64,000 nucleotides of DNA. Source: Planctomycetota bacterium. GTDB taxonomy: Bacteria; Planctomycetota; UBA1135; UBA2386. The position numbers were made by a program, and so were the translations under genes. This document shows, one piece after another, positions 1 through 8,951 of this stretch. A model generated the notes under the pieces. It worked only from the letters and a program-made list of their open reading frames with translations, ran no database searches and had not been told where the DNA came from. The stretch covers positions 2,784,001 to 2,848,000 of the forward strand of contig OZ245838.1 of assembly GCA_965228735.1 (NCBI GenBank), in the 5' to 3' direction. How positions within the stretch are numbered: position 1 is the first letter of the stretch; each line of letters starts with the position of its first letter.

Positions 1-535
1 CGCGCGCGACGAGCGCCTGGTAGGTCTCCTGGTTCGCTCGTTTCTGCACGTCGTCGACGCCCATGCCGAGCCACAGAGCTGCGCCATCGGACAGCGGCAC
101 GACGCGGCCATTGGCGTCGCGCACGTAGCCGCGCCGTTCCTTCGCGCGGGCCATCGCCGCGAGTGCGGCCGCGTCGGGATCCGCGTCGGGACAGAGCACG
201 ACGTCGAAGTCCTCGGTCGACAACCGCGCGGCCGTCACCGCGTCGCCGGTCGTCAGCACCTCGTCGACGAACGGGTTGCCGTCGAACAACGCCGCGGCGG
301 CCGGCCGCGTGACCCAGGTGACGTGCGCGCCCGGCCAGGTCGTGTGCACCGCGGGCAGGAACGCCGTCGTCCGCAGCACGTCGCCCGTCGCCGCGAGCTT
401 GACCATGAGCACCCGATGCCGGACCCGGTCGTACTCGTCGCAGCTCCCGCACACCTTCCCGCGCTGCTTGTGCGGCGCGCACGGCCGGTCCCAGCGCACG
501 TGGCGGCAGTCGGTTCGGAGGTCTTCGGGCTTCAC
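1..535 (-). CDS. Glycosyltransferase family 9 (LPS heptosyltransferase-like), runs off the left edge
   Basis: Manual translation from GTG at 535 gives KPEDLRTDCRHVRWDRPCAPHK...RVLMVKLAATGDVLRTTAFLPAVHTTWPGAHVTWVT, the GT9 N-terminal motif. Not in the ORF track. Confidence 0.85.
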   Translation of the reverse strand, partial: MKPEDLRTDCRHVRWDRPCAPHKQRGKVCGSCDEYDRVRHRVLMVKLAATGDVLRTTAFLPAVHTTWPGAHVTWVTRPAAAALFDGNPFVDEVLTTGDAVTAARLSTEDFDVVLCPDADPDAAALAAMARAKERRGYVRDANGRVVPLSDGAALWLGMGVDDVQKRANQETYQALVAR

Positions 536-628
536 TGAGGACGTATCGGCAGCACGCGGCGCGAACAAAACCTAGCAGACCGGCGGCCCGGGATTGGACA
601 CAACCCGGTCAACACCGAGACTTCATTC

Positions 629-1066
629 ATGCTCGAACCAGGTCAACCCGCTCCCGACTTCACCGTCCCCGACGAGAACGGCAAGCAGCACTCGCTCGCC
701 GACTACCAAGGCAAGACGCTCGTCCTGTGGTTCTACCCCAAGGCCGACACGCCGGGTTGAACCGCGCAGGGCAAGGGGCTCCGTGATCGATTCCCCCAGT
801 TCCTCGCCAAGAACGCCACGGTCCTCGGCGCGTCCACGGACGACGCCGCCGCCAATCAGGCGTTTCGCAGCAAGTTCGACTTCCCGTTCCCGCTGCTCTG
901 CGACACGGACCACACGCTCGCCAAGGCCTACGGCGCGATCGCGGACGGCGCCGAGAACGCGAGCCGCGCGGCCGTCGTGATCGACCCGGACGGCAACGTC
1001 CATCGCTACTGGCCGAAGGTCGACGCGCAGAAGTTCGCCGAGATGGTGTTCCACGAACTCCCGTGA
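629..1066 (+). CDS. bcp: Selenocysteine-containing peroxiredoxin (BCP/PrxQ family), 145 aa, Sec at codon 44
   Basis: MLEPGQPAPDFTVPDENGKQHSLADYQGKTLVLWFYPKADTPG-TGA(758-760)-TAQG...FPFPLLCD...RAAVVIDPDG. The in-frame TGA sits exactly at the peroxidatic Cys of FYPKAxTPGCT, and tRNA-Sec is in the window. Confidence 0.9.
761..808 (+). promoter_or_regulatory. Candidate bacterial SECIS hairpin
   Basis: Immediately 3' of the UGA, gggc..gggg can pair with cccc..gttc around an apical ctccgtgatcgatt segment (folded by eye). Confidence 0.55.
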
Positions 1067-1096
1067 CCGCTGGCGGCCCGGCATGATGGGGTCGCC

Positions 1097-1663
1097 ATGA
1101 CTGCTCTCACCATGCTGTGGCTGCCGATCCTGCTGTCGGCGGTGTTCGTCTTCGTCGTCAGCTCGATCATCCACATGGTCCTGCCGATCCATCGCAAGGA
1201 CTTCGGCAAGGTGCCGAACGAGGACGACGTCCGCACCGCCATCCGCGCGGCCAACGTCCCGCCCGGGCAGTACATGCTGCCGTGCGCCGGCTCGATGAAG
1301 GAGGCGCAGGAGACCGACTTCATGAGCAAGCTCAAGGAAGGCCCGGTCGCGACGATGATCGTGCGGCCGAACGGCATGTGGAGCATGGGCCCGGCCCTCC
1401 TCAAGTGGTTCGTGTTCAGCCTGCTCGTCAGCGTGTTCTGCGGCTACCTCACGGGCATCCACGTCGCCCCGGGCGGCGAGGCGATCACCGTGTTCCAGAT
1501 GACGGGCGCGATCGCGGTGCTCGGCTACGTGTTCACCCACGTGCACGAGTGGACGTGGAAGGGCCTCGGCACGAACATCATGGTGAAGTTCGCGATCGAT
1601 GGGGTGATCTACGCGCTCGTCACGGCCGGCACGTTTGCGTGGTTGTGGCCGTCCGCGGTCTGA
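1097..1663 (+). CDS. Hypothetical membrane protein (about 4 TM)
   Basis: 188 aa ORF with host-like codon usage and hydrophobic segments. Confidence 0.8.
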   Translation: MTALTMLWLPILLSAVFVFVVSSIIHMVLPIHRKDFGKVPNEDDVRTAIRAANVPPGQYMLPCAGSMKEAQETDFMSKLKEGPVATMIVRPNGMWSMGPALLKWFVFSLLVSVFCGYLTGIHVAPGGEAITVFQMTGAIAVLGYVFTHVHEWTWKGLGTNIMVKFAIDGVIYALVTAGTFAWLWPSAV

Positions 1664-1669
1664 GACCGA

Positions 1670-2188
1670 CTACCGCTCGCGTGACGCGAGCTTCCAGACC
1701 GCGTTGCTGAAGAGCATCGACAGGCCGACGACGATGAATACCGCCGCTACGAGCAGATAGAGGTAGGGCGTCACATCGCCGTCCATCATCCCGAACATCG
1801 ACAGGATGCCGGGCAACAACAACACGCCGTAGACGGCGACCAGCAGACCGCAGACCTTGAGCGCGACCCACAGCCAGTCGTAGCGGTCGAGCCCGGGCGC
1901 CGTCGTCGCGGGAACTGCCGGAGCAGTCGACTCCGGTCGATCCGCGTCCCGACCGACTCGATCCACCCCCATCGCGCGCAGCATCGGCTCGATGTTGGCG
2001 AACAGCAGGAACAGGCCCGCGATCAGCGGAATGCCGCTGTCGAGAAACGCCGCGAGCGATTCGTTGTTGTCCTTCTCCGTCCAGCGATGCAGCGTCATCA
2101 CGGCGTCTGGCACGGCGACGACCCCCTCGACGAGCAGCCACAATCCGCTCGCCTTGACGAGCAACCACGCGATGTCGTCCCGCTCCAT
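1670..2188 (-). CDS. Hypothetical membrane protein with internal duplication
   Basis: Start MERDDIAWLL; two similar TM hairpins; TAGACT 8 nt upstream of the ATG. Confidence 0.7.
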   Translation of the reverse strand: MERDDIAWLLVKASGLWLLVEGVVAVPDAVMTLHRWTEKDNNESLAAFLDSGIPLIAGLFLLFANIEPMLRAMGVDRVGRDADRPESTAPAVPATTAPGLDRYDWLWVALKVCGLLVAVYGVLLLPGILSMFGMMDGDVTPYLYLLVAAVFIVVGLSMLFSNAVWKLASRER

Positions 2189-2199
2189 GACGGCGGAGT

Positions 2200-3297
2200 C
2201 TATCCGCCAGCCGCGACGAGCCGCTGGACCACCGCCTCGATCTCCGGCCCGAGCCGGTCCGCGGTGAACATCGCCAGGCACCGCTCGCGCCCGAGCGCCC
2301 CGTGCTCCTCACCGAGCTCGGGATCCTCGAGGTAGCCGGCGAGCGCCGCGGCCAGCGCGGGGGCGTCACCCTTCGGCACCACGGCGCCGGTCTCGCCCGC
2401 GACGACGATCTCGCCGTTGCCGCCAGCATCGGACACCACCTGCGGCAGCGCCGCGAACCCGGCCTCGAGGCACGCGTTGCACAGCCCCTCGTGGAACGAC
2501 GGCATCGTGAACACGTCGGAGCTCGCGTAGACGTCGTGCACGGGCTTGACCGGCCCCGGCAGCAGCACGCGGTCTTCGAGGCCGAGGCGTTGGCTCTGCC
2601 CGCGCAGCTTCTCCAGCTCGCTGCCGCCGCCGGCGAGCAGCAGCACCGCGCGCGGGAACTGCGGCGCCAGCTGCGCGAACGCGTCGATGAGCACGTGCTG
2701 CCCCTTCCGCGGTCGCAGCACGCCCGCGAGGCTGATCACCTGCGCGTCTGCCGCGATGCCGAGCCGTTCGCGCGCGACGGCCTTCTGCTCCTGCAGCCCC
2801 GTCCACGGCGCCGGATCGATGCCGTCGTAGACGAGCGTGATCCGATTCTCCGGGACCCCACCGTGCAGCAGCCGCCGCCGGATCGCGTCACAGATCGCGA
2901 TCGTGTGATCGACGAGCTTCACGTACCGCGCGCCGCCGAACAGCCCCGGCTTGATCGGGTAGTCGATGCGTCGGATCGTGAACTTCTTCGCCGGGTGCCG
3001 CCGCAGCACGAGTCCTGCCGTGACCATCGATCGCGGACACGCGTAGTGGATCACGTCCGGCTCGACCGTGCGCGCGACGCGCCGCACCTTGGTCCACAGA
3101 TCCGGCCGCCACCACCGACGCAACGGAGCGGTGTGGTATGGCACCCCGAGTTCGTCGGCGACGGGAGCGAACCTCGCCCCGGACGCGAGCAGCAGGTGGT
3201 TGTCGTGCCCCGCTGCGATGAAGTGCTCGAGGATCAGGCGCAGCTGGGTCTCGCCGCCGGAGAAGCCGGTCTCGGCGAGGACGTGCAGCAGACGCAT
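2200..3297 (-). CDS. Glycosyltransferase family 4
   Basis: SGGETQ, KGQHVLIDA and PSFHEGLCNACLEA GT-B motifs. Confidence 0.92.
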   Translation of the reverse strand: MRLLHVLAETGFSGGETQLRLILEHFIAAGHDNHLLLASGARFAPVADELGVPYHTAPLRRWWRPDLWTKVRRVARTVEPDVIHYACPRSMVTAGLVLRRHPAKKFTIRRIDYPIKPGLFGGARYVKLVDHTIAICDAIRRRLLHGGVPENRITLVYDGIDPAPWTGLQEQKAVARERLGIAADAQVISLAGVLRPRKGQHVLIDAFAQLAPQFPRAVLLLAGGGSELEKLRGQSQRLGLEDRVLLPGPVKPVHDVYASSDVFTMPSFHEGLCNACLEAGFAALPQVVSDAGGNGEIVVAGETGAVVPKGDAPALAAALAGYLEDPELGEEHGALGRERCLAMFTADRLGPEIEAVVQRLVAAGG

Positions 3298-3327
3298 GGC
3301 GTGCGCGCGCGGCCGGCGCGGCGGCCG

Positions 3328-4530
3328 TCAGCGCCCCTCGATGGAGCTCGGCGCCGGCGCCGGCACGCTTCCTTTGGCAGTGCCCGCATCCACCACACCC
3401 GCGTCCTCGAGTTGATCACCGACCGACGGCAACCCGGTCTGCAGCCAATGCAGGATGCGCGCGACCCGATGGAAGTAGCGGTGATGCTGCATCACCTCCG
3501 CGTGACCGCTCGCGGCGATGCGCGCCCGTTCGTCGGGCTGGTTGAGCCAGTTCTCGATCTGCTCGAGCGCCTCGTCCTCGTCGTGATACCACGCGAGGTG
3601 CTCGCCGTGGCCGAACACCTTCTCGAGCCGCGGCACGTAGTGCGTCAGGTGGAACCCGCCGCACGCCAGCGTGAGGAACGTGCGGTTGCTGAAGTAGTAG
3701 GCGTCGTCGTTGACCTCGTTGATCCCGAGGACGATGCGCGAACTCGCGCACACCTTGGCGTACTCGCGGTTCTTCACCGCCCCACGCACGCGCAGGTTGC
3801 CCTTGAGGTGCGGCCACCGATCCCAGTGCATGCCGAACACCTGGGTGTCGAAGCGCTCGGCGACGCGCGCGAGGAACGACGCGCGCTGCCCCTTGCGGCC
3901 CGGGCCACCGATGAACGCGACGTCGCGGACCTTCTTCTGCGCCGGTGCCGGGTGATGGAAGCGCGGCGTGAACCCGCTCATCAGGAACGCCATGTTGTCG
4001 AGCCCGCGCTCCCGCAGCCACGCGAAGCGCGCCGGGTTGCTCATGCAGATCATGTCCGCGAGCTCGAAGTAGTCGACGATCGAGCCGTCGAGCGACTCGA
4101 GGGCCTCTTCGCACCACACGACGATGCGGGCATCGCGCCGAAATTCGGCCGCGAGCGCCGCCGGCAGATCGCGGAAGAACACGAACACCGTGTCCGGCTG
4201 GTAGCGGTGGAATTCCGCCCGAGCCATTTTGTTCGCGAGGTTGGCGCCGAACCAGCGGCGCCACGTCGTGAGGTTGCGCCAACGCACCTCGGCGCCGTGT
4301 TCGCGCAGTGCATCGACGAGCGCGCCCGTGCACCGCGTCCGCGACATGCTCTTGCCGTAGAACAGCACGCGTCTTACGGGCCCCAGGCGGGAGGCGTTCA
4401 GTCGCGCGGAACCCGCAGCCGTTGCACTCGCGCCAGCCGCTCCCCCGTGGGCCGCCCCACCTCTCGGCGGAACGGCAGGAAGGATGACCGGCTGGCTGTC
4501 GCCGTCTATCTGGTTGTCCTCAGTCCCCAT
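3328..4530 (-). CDS. CgeB/YkvP-like glycosyltransferase
   Basis: DVAFIG, SRIVLGIN, SNRTFLTLACGGFHLT and RARIAASG motifs; start taken at MGTEDNQ (uncertain). Confidence 0.85.
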   Translation of the reverse strand: MGTEDNQIDGDSQPVILPAVPPRGGAAHGGAAGASATAAGSARLNASRLGPVRRVLFYGKSMSRTRCTGALVDALREHGAEVRWRNLTTWRRWFGANLANKMARAEFHRYQPDTVFVFFRDLPAALAAEFRRDARIVVWCEEALESLDGSIVDYFELADMICMSNPARFAWLRERGLDNMAFLMSGFTPRFHHPAPAQKKVRDVAFIGGPGRKGQRASFLARVAERFDTQVFGMHWDRWPHLKGNLRVRGAVKNREYAKVCASSRIVLGINEVNDDAYYFSNRTFLTLACGGFHLTHYVPRLEKVFGHGEHLAWYHDEDEALEQIENWLNQPDERARIAASGHAEVMQHHRYFHRVARILHWLQTGLPSVGDQLEDAGVVDAGTAKGSVPAPAPSSIEGR

Positions 4531-4627
4531 CCGCGTCCGCCCCCATCCGTGCCGGGTAGGCGAGGTGCCACAGGCGCTCGCTCGACCGCCGTAGTTGTCA
4601 CCCCGATCCTGGTAAGCGCCGTCCTCG

Positions 4628-5701
4628 TCAATGCCGGCCGTCGAGTCGCGCAGAGCCCGACCTGGCAATTGCGAGTTCTTGCTCGATTCGTTCCTCGCTG
4701 CACGTTGTTGGAACATACAAAGCAGTGCCGCCGCCGAGCCACCACCACTTTCGGAAGAAAGCCCAGAACACGGGCGAACGGGAACCGAACAACTGATTGG
4801 CGCGCTGACCGAGCCACACGTCGCGGAAGTCGTGACGACCGGGCAACCAGCGACCGTCGGGTTGCTCGCCCCGGTGGCTGTGGAGCACGCCGGACCAGCG
4901 CACCCGGCGCGTGAATCCGGTCGACTCGCGCAGACAACGCAGGACGCGCCGGCGCGCGTAGGCCTGCCGCTCCGCCGCGGCCCGCACCAGCGCCTCGTCG
5001 AGTTCGGCCTCATCGTGCAGGAGACCGCCTTGCACGAGCTCCGCGGCCTGCTCCACCGGCACGTCGCGCACGAGTCGTGCGGCGGCGGCAAGTCGCGCCG
5101 CGCGGTCGGTGCGCGGCGAGGACTCGGCACTCGCGGACTGCAGGTCGAGGACGGCGACCTCGCCGCTCGCGAGGCGCACGAAGTTGTCGGCATGCAGATC
5201 GCGGTGCACGATCCCGGACGCCAGCAGGCGGACCGCCAGCGCTGCCTGCTCGGCCAGCCTCGGTGGTGTGGCCTCGGCGGCCGGCAGCGGCAGCGCTCGC
5301 GTGACGAGCCACGAGCGCCAGGGCAGCCCCAGGCGCCGGGTCTCGCGCACGTCGACGACCTCGGGGCAGGGGATGCCGGCGGCGCGCACCCGGGCCAGCA
5401 TCGCGGCCTCGTGCGCGGCGGGCAGGGATCGCACGAGGTAGCGGAGGCGGTCCTTGAGGCGCGGGAACGTCATCGTCTTCACGAACACGTCCCCGACCGG
5501 CAGGGTCGCGCGGTGCACGCTGCGGATCAGGCGCGTCTGGACCGGCGCCAGCGCGGCCGGCAGCTCACCCGTCGCGGCGAAGTGACGCCACCATTGGCCG
5601 AGGCTCTCGCGTTCGGCCGCCGTCGCTGCGGTCGGCACCGCAGCCGACGCCCCATCCGACGCCAGACCCGAAGAACGGGCGGACCCGGACCCCGACGTCA
5701 C
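4628..5701 (-). CDS. LPS kinase (Kdo/WaaP/InaA family)
   Basis: VFVK, HEAAML, GIVHRDLHADNF and VAVLDLQSA kinase motifs within an LPS cluster. Confidence 0.82.
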   Translation of the reverse strand: MTSGSGSARSSGLASDGASAAVPTAATAAERESLGQWWRHFAATGELPAALAPVQTRLIRSVHRATLPVGDVFVKTMTFPRLKDRLRYLVRSLPAAHEAAMLARVRAAGIPCPEVVDVRETRRLGLPWRSWLVTRALPLPAAEATPPRLAEQAALAVRLLASGIVHRDLHADNFVRLASGEVAVLDLQSASAESSPRTDRAARLAAAARLVRDVPVEQAAELVQGGLLHDEAELDEALVRAAAERQAYARRRVLRCLRESTGFTRRVRWSGVLHSHRGEQPDGRWLPGRHDFRDVWLGQRANQLFGSRSPVFWAFFRKWWWLGGGTALYVPTTCSEERIEQELAIARSGSARLDGRH

Positions 5702-6933
5702 GAGCCCCCCGCCGTGGCCCCGCCGGCCCCACCACCGTCAGTGTAGCCAGCCCGGTCATGCCCGTTCACAGGCGCCAGGATCCGCGCGTAGTGCGTCGCG
5801 GTCACCCTGGCCGCGCGCAGCGGATCCATGACCGTCCGGGTCACGCGCAGCGCCGCGGCACCCATCGCGCGCCGCGTGTCCTCGTTCTGCAGCAGGCTCA
5901 GCAGCCCGTCCGCGAGGGCCGCGCCGTCCTCGCGCCGGACGAGCCCGGGCGGCTCCCCGGCCGTGCGCGTCGCGAGCAGCGAGGGCAGGATCCCGCGATC
6001 GGTCGCGACGACCGGCACCCCGAACGCCATCGCGTCCGTCACGGCGCGACACGTGCCATCGCTGCCCGGAACGAGGAACAAGAACGCATCGAGCGCGCGC
6101 AACGCCGCGTCGTAGTCGGGTCCGCGTTGGTAGCCCGGCAGCACGACGTGATCGCCGAGGCCCAGCCGCTGCACGGGTTGTTGCACGAGCCGCCGCGTGT
6201 CCTCGTCGTTGCCGCGCCCGAGCAGGACGAAGCGCACGTTCGGCTGCCGTGCGACGACGCGCCGGGCGATCTCCCACAGCAGATCGAACCGGCGATGCGG
6301 CTGGATGCGCGCCGTGATCCCGACGAGCAGATCCGCTGCCGAAACACCGAACCGTGAACGCGCGGACGGCCCCTCGACCGGCCGCGGCTCCGTCACCGGA
6401 TCGAGATACTCGACCGCGTCGGCCGGCAGCCCGAAGGCCTCGCGCACGCCATCGCGCGCCGCCGGCGTCGGGGCGAGCACCGCGGCCGTGCGGCGAAACG
6501 CGAAGCGCTCGCGCCAGCCGCGCGGCGGCGGCTCGGGGTCGTAGAGCGTGCGCACGATGCGCGGCGGCTGCCGCAGCCGCCGACACGCGAGCGCGGCGAG
6601 CAGGTGATCGCCCGGCAGGTGGCAGTGCAGGATCGCGAACCGCTCGCGGTGGATCATCGCCCGCAGCCGGCCGACGTCGTGCAGCAGCGCGCGCACGCGG
6701 AAGTGTTTGCGCAGCTGCAGTCCGGTGAGGACGGGCAGCTGCCAGCGAAACAGCTGATCGGCGACGTCGTGCCGCCCGCCCGCGTGCAGCCAGCCGGCCT
6801 GCGCGAACGCGACGTCGAGCCCGAGCCGCCGCAACCGCGCCGCGGACCGGATGGCGGGATCGGCCGGCCCCGTCCACTTGTAGTTCGCGAACAGGTGCAG
6901 CACGCGCGCATCGGCCAGCGCCGCGACCGTCAC
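5698..6933 (-). CDS. Glycosyltransferase family 4
   Basis: RVLHLFANYKWTGPADPA...GSDGTCRAVTDAMAFGVPVV; GTG start overlaps the upstream TGA. Confidence 0.85.
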   Translation of the reverse strand: MTVAALADARVLHLFANYKWTGPADPAIRSAARLRRLGLDVAFAQAGWLHAGGRHDVADQLFRWQLPVLTGLQLRKHFRVRALLHDVGRLRAMIHRERFAILHCHLPGDHLLAALACRRLRQPPRIVRTLYDPEPPPRGWRERFAFRRTAAVLAPTPAARDGVREAFGLPADAVEYLDPVTEPRPVEGPSARSRFGVSAADLLVGITARIQPHRRFDLLWEIARRVVARQPNVRFVLLGRGNDEDTRRLVQQPVQRLGLGDHVVLPGYQRGPDYDAALRALDAFLFLVPGSDGTCRAVTDAMAFGVPVVATDRGILPSLLATRTAGEPPGLVRREDGAALADGLLSLLQNEDTRRAMGAAALRVTRTVMDPLRAARVTATHYARILAPVNGHDRAGYTDGGGAGGATAGGS

Positions 6934-7742
6934 GAGCCTTCCCCCTCGCAGCGCGACCGCGCGGCCCGCGGCAGCCACATGAGCCGCCAATACTTCTTCC
7001 AGTCCGTGTAGGCCGCCATCGCCGCGACGACGAACCCGCGCCAACCGTCGAGGAAGCCGCGCTTGAGCAGCAGGCTCTTCACGAACACCGCAGGCGGTCG
7101 CACGAGCAGGTCCAACGGATTCGCCCGGCGCCCCTCCGCGGCGAGCGCCTGCGCCGCGATCCGCGAGAACGAGTCGATCGTGCGCCGGTGATCGCGAAAG
7201 CTGCGATAGCTCAGGTGTTCGATCCCGTCCGCGAGCCGCACCGCCGAAGCACCGCCGGGCAGCTGCACGCGATCGTGCGGGTTGCGCCCACCCCACTGCG
7301 CCTGCCGCCGGTCGAACAGCCGGATCTTGCGATCGGGCCAGAACAAACCGCGCCGCAACACCCGGCCGAGGTAGTGATTGAGCCGCGGCATCTCGTAGGC
7401 GACGCCCGACAAGCCGACAGCCGCGAGTTCGCGCACGCTTCGCTGCAGCGGCGGCGTCGCGCGTTCATCCGCATCCAGACAGAAGACCCAGTCGTGCGCG
7501 CACTGCTCGACGGCCCAGTGCTTCTGTTCGACGTAGCCCGGGAACGGCGCGTTCACGATCACCCGCGCGCCGTGCTCGGCGGCGAGCTCCTGCGTGCCGT
7601 CGTCGCTGCCGCTGTCAACGACGACGATCTCGTCGCAGAACGCCAGCGACTGCAGGCAGTCGACGATGCGATCCGCTTCTCGAAACGTGATGACGCAGCC
7701 GCTGATCGGCGTGCGCTCGGGCTCACGCGTTGGCGTCGCCAT
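6930..7742 (-). CDS. Glycosyltransferase family 2 (WaaE/KdtX-like)
   Basis: VVVDSGSDDGT, WVFCLDADE, PDRKIRLF and GFLDGWRG motifs. Confidence 0.92.
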   Translation of the reverse strand: MATPTREPERTPISGCVITFREADRIVDCLQSLAFCDEIVVVDSGSDDGTQELAAEHGARVIVNAPFPGYVEQKHWAVEQCAHDWVFCLDADERATPPLQRSVRELAAVGLSGVAYEMPRLNHYLGRVLRRGLFWPDRKIRLFDRRQAQWGGRNPHDRVQLPGGASAVRLADGIEHLSYRSFRDHRRTIDSFSRIAAQALAAEGRRANPLDLLVRPPAVFVKSLLLKRGFLDGWRGFVVAAMAAYTDWKKYWRLMWLPRAARSRCEGEGS

Positions 7743-8136
7743 CGGCCGCGAGTCCGTCGCCATCGACCGCGCTCGCATCGCCGCCGGCACCGGCCGACGC
7801 CTCGATGTCGCCGTCGTCGATGTCACCCGGCGGCGCGTCGGAGACCATGCGCGCGTGGATGCTTTGCAGGGCATCCTGGATCTCGATCAGACGCCGCCCC
7901 CAGTCCTGGAGGCGGCCATCCTGCTCGACCGCGTTGGCGGCCGCCTTCATCACCCGATGCCGCTCCTCGGCGGTGAGGCCGAGCTTCTCGTGCAGCAGGT
8001 ATTGGTTGCTGTAGCCGAGCACCTGGTTCCAGCGCAGCAATTCGAGCACCTGACCGAGCAGCTCGACGAGCTGCAGTTCGGCCTCGGTGAGGCCCATCTG
8101 CCGGGCCTTCTGCTTGCGCCTGCGATTGCTGACCAC
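7723..8136 (-). CDS. Hypothetical helical protein
   Basis: 137 aa ORF filling the gap between sodB and the GT2 gene, with host-like codon usage. Confidence 0.65.
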   Translation of the reverse strand: MVSNRRRKQKARQMGLTEAELQLVELLGQVLELLRWNQVLGYSNQYLLHEKLGLTAEERHRVMKAAANAVEQDGRLQDWGRRLIEIQDALQSIHARMVSDAPPGDIDDGDIEASAGAGGDASAVDGDGLAADGDANA

Positions 8137-8152
8137 GTGCTCGACCGATCGA

Positions 8153-8746
8153 TCAGCCGAGGTTCTGGTTCGCGAAGTCCCAGTTGATGAGGTGGTCGAG
8201 GAACGCCTTCATGTAGTCCGGCCGCCGGTTCTGGAAGTCCAGATAGTAGGCGTGCTCCCAGACGTCCATCGTGAGCAGCGGCGTCGCGCCACCGGTCATC
8301 GGGTTCTCCGCGTTCGGCGTCTTCTTGATCGCGAGCTTGCCGCCCTCGAGCACGAGCCAGGCCCAGCCGCTGCCGAACTGCGTCGCGCCCGCCTGGGCGA
8401 AGTCGGCCGCGAACTTGTCGTAGCCGCCGAGGTCCGCATCGATCTTCGCCGCGATCTTGCCGGTCGGCTTGCCGCCGCCACCGGGCTTCATCGAGTTCCA
8501 GTAGAACGTGTGGTTCCACACCTGCGCGGCGTTGTTGAACACGCCGGCCTTGTCGGCCTTGCCGGCCGTCGCCTTGATGATGTCCTCGATCGCCATGTCG
8601 GCGAACTCGGTGCCCTCGATCAGCTTGTTGCCGTTGGTCACGTAAGCCTGATGGTGCTTGCCGTGATGGACCGACAGGGTTTCGGCGTTGATGTGCGGGG
8701 ACAGCGCGTCGAGCGCGTAGGGCAGGGGGGGAAGTTCGAGTGCCAT
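8153..8746 (-). CDS. sodB: Superoxide dismutase [Fe]
   Basis: LPPLPY, HHGKHH, NAAQVWNHTFYW, FGSGWAW and DVWEHAYY; the AAQ and PNA signatures indicate the Fe type. Confidence 0.95.
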   Translation of the reverse strand: MALELPPLPYALDALSPHINAETLSVHHGKHHQAYVTNGNKLIEGTEFADMAIEDIIKATAGKADKAGVFNNAAQVWNHTFYWNSMKPGGGGKPTGKIAAKIDADLGGYDKFAADFAQAGATQFGSGWAWLVLEGGKLAIKKTPNAENPMTGGATPLLTMDVWEHAYYLDFQNRRPDYMKAFLDHLINWDFANQNLG

Positions 8747-8865
8747 GGTTCTTACTGTGGTCGCGGCGCGGGCCGGTTCAACGATGGAACTCGCCAAGTT
8801 ACGGAACCAGCGGATCACCGCGAGCCGAATCCCCGCGATGCACCTCGCGCCACCGATCCGCGAGC

Positions 8866-8910
8866 GGCCCTGACCGCAGGGGCCCTGATCGCAGTGACCC
8901 TGACCGCGGG
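8866..8910. repeat. Three tandem 15-bp imperfect repeats (ggccctgaccgcagg)
   Basis: Units at 8866-8880, 8881-8895 and 8896-8910, between divergent sodB and mazG. Confidence 0.7.
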
Positions 8911-8951
8911 ACCCTCGACGCCCGCGCCGGCGAACGGATAGCCTGCCGCGA

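Noticed and set aside
594..980. 128-aa ORF over the peroxiredoxin
   Set aside because: Off-frame shadow; the real frame is 629-1066 with a UGA-Sec codon.
2302..4914. 870-aa plus-strand ORF, and similar long ORFs at 16077-18614, 52514-55822 and 58936-61995
   Set aside because: Antisense shadows of well-supported genes, typical of high-GC DNA; no protein motifs.
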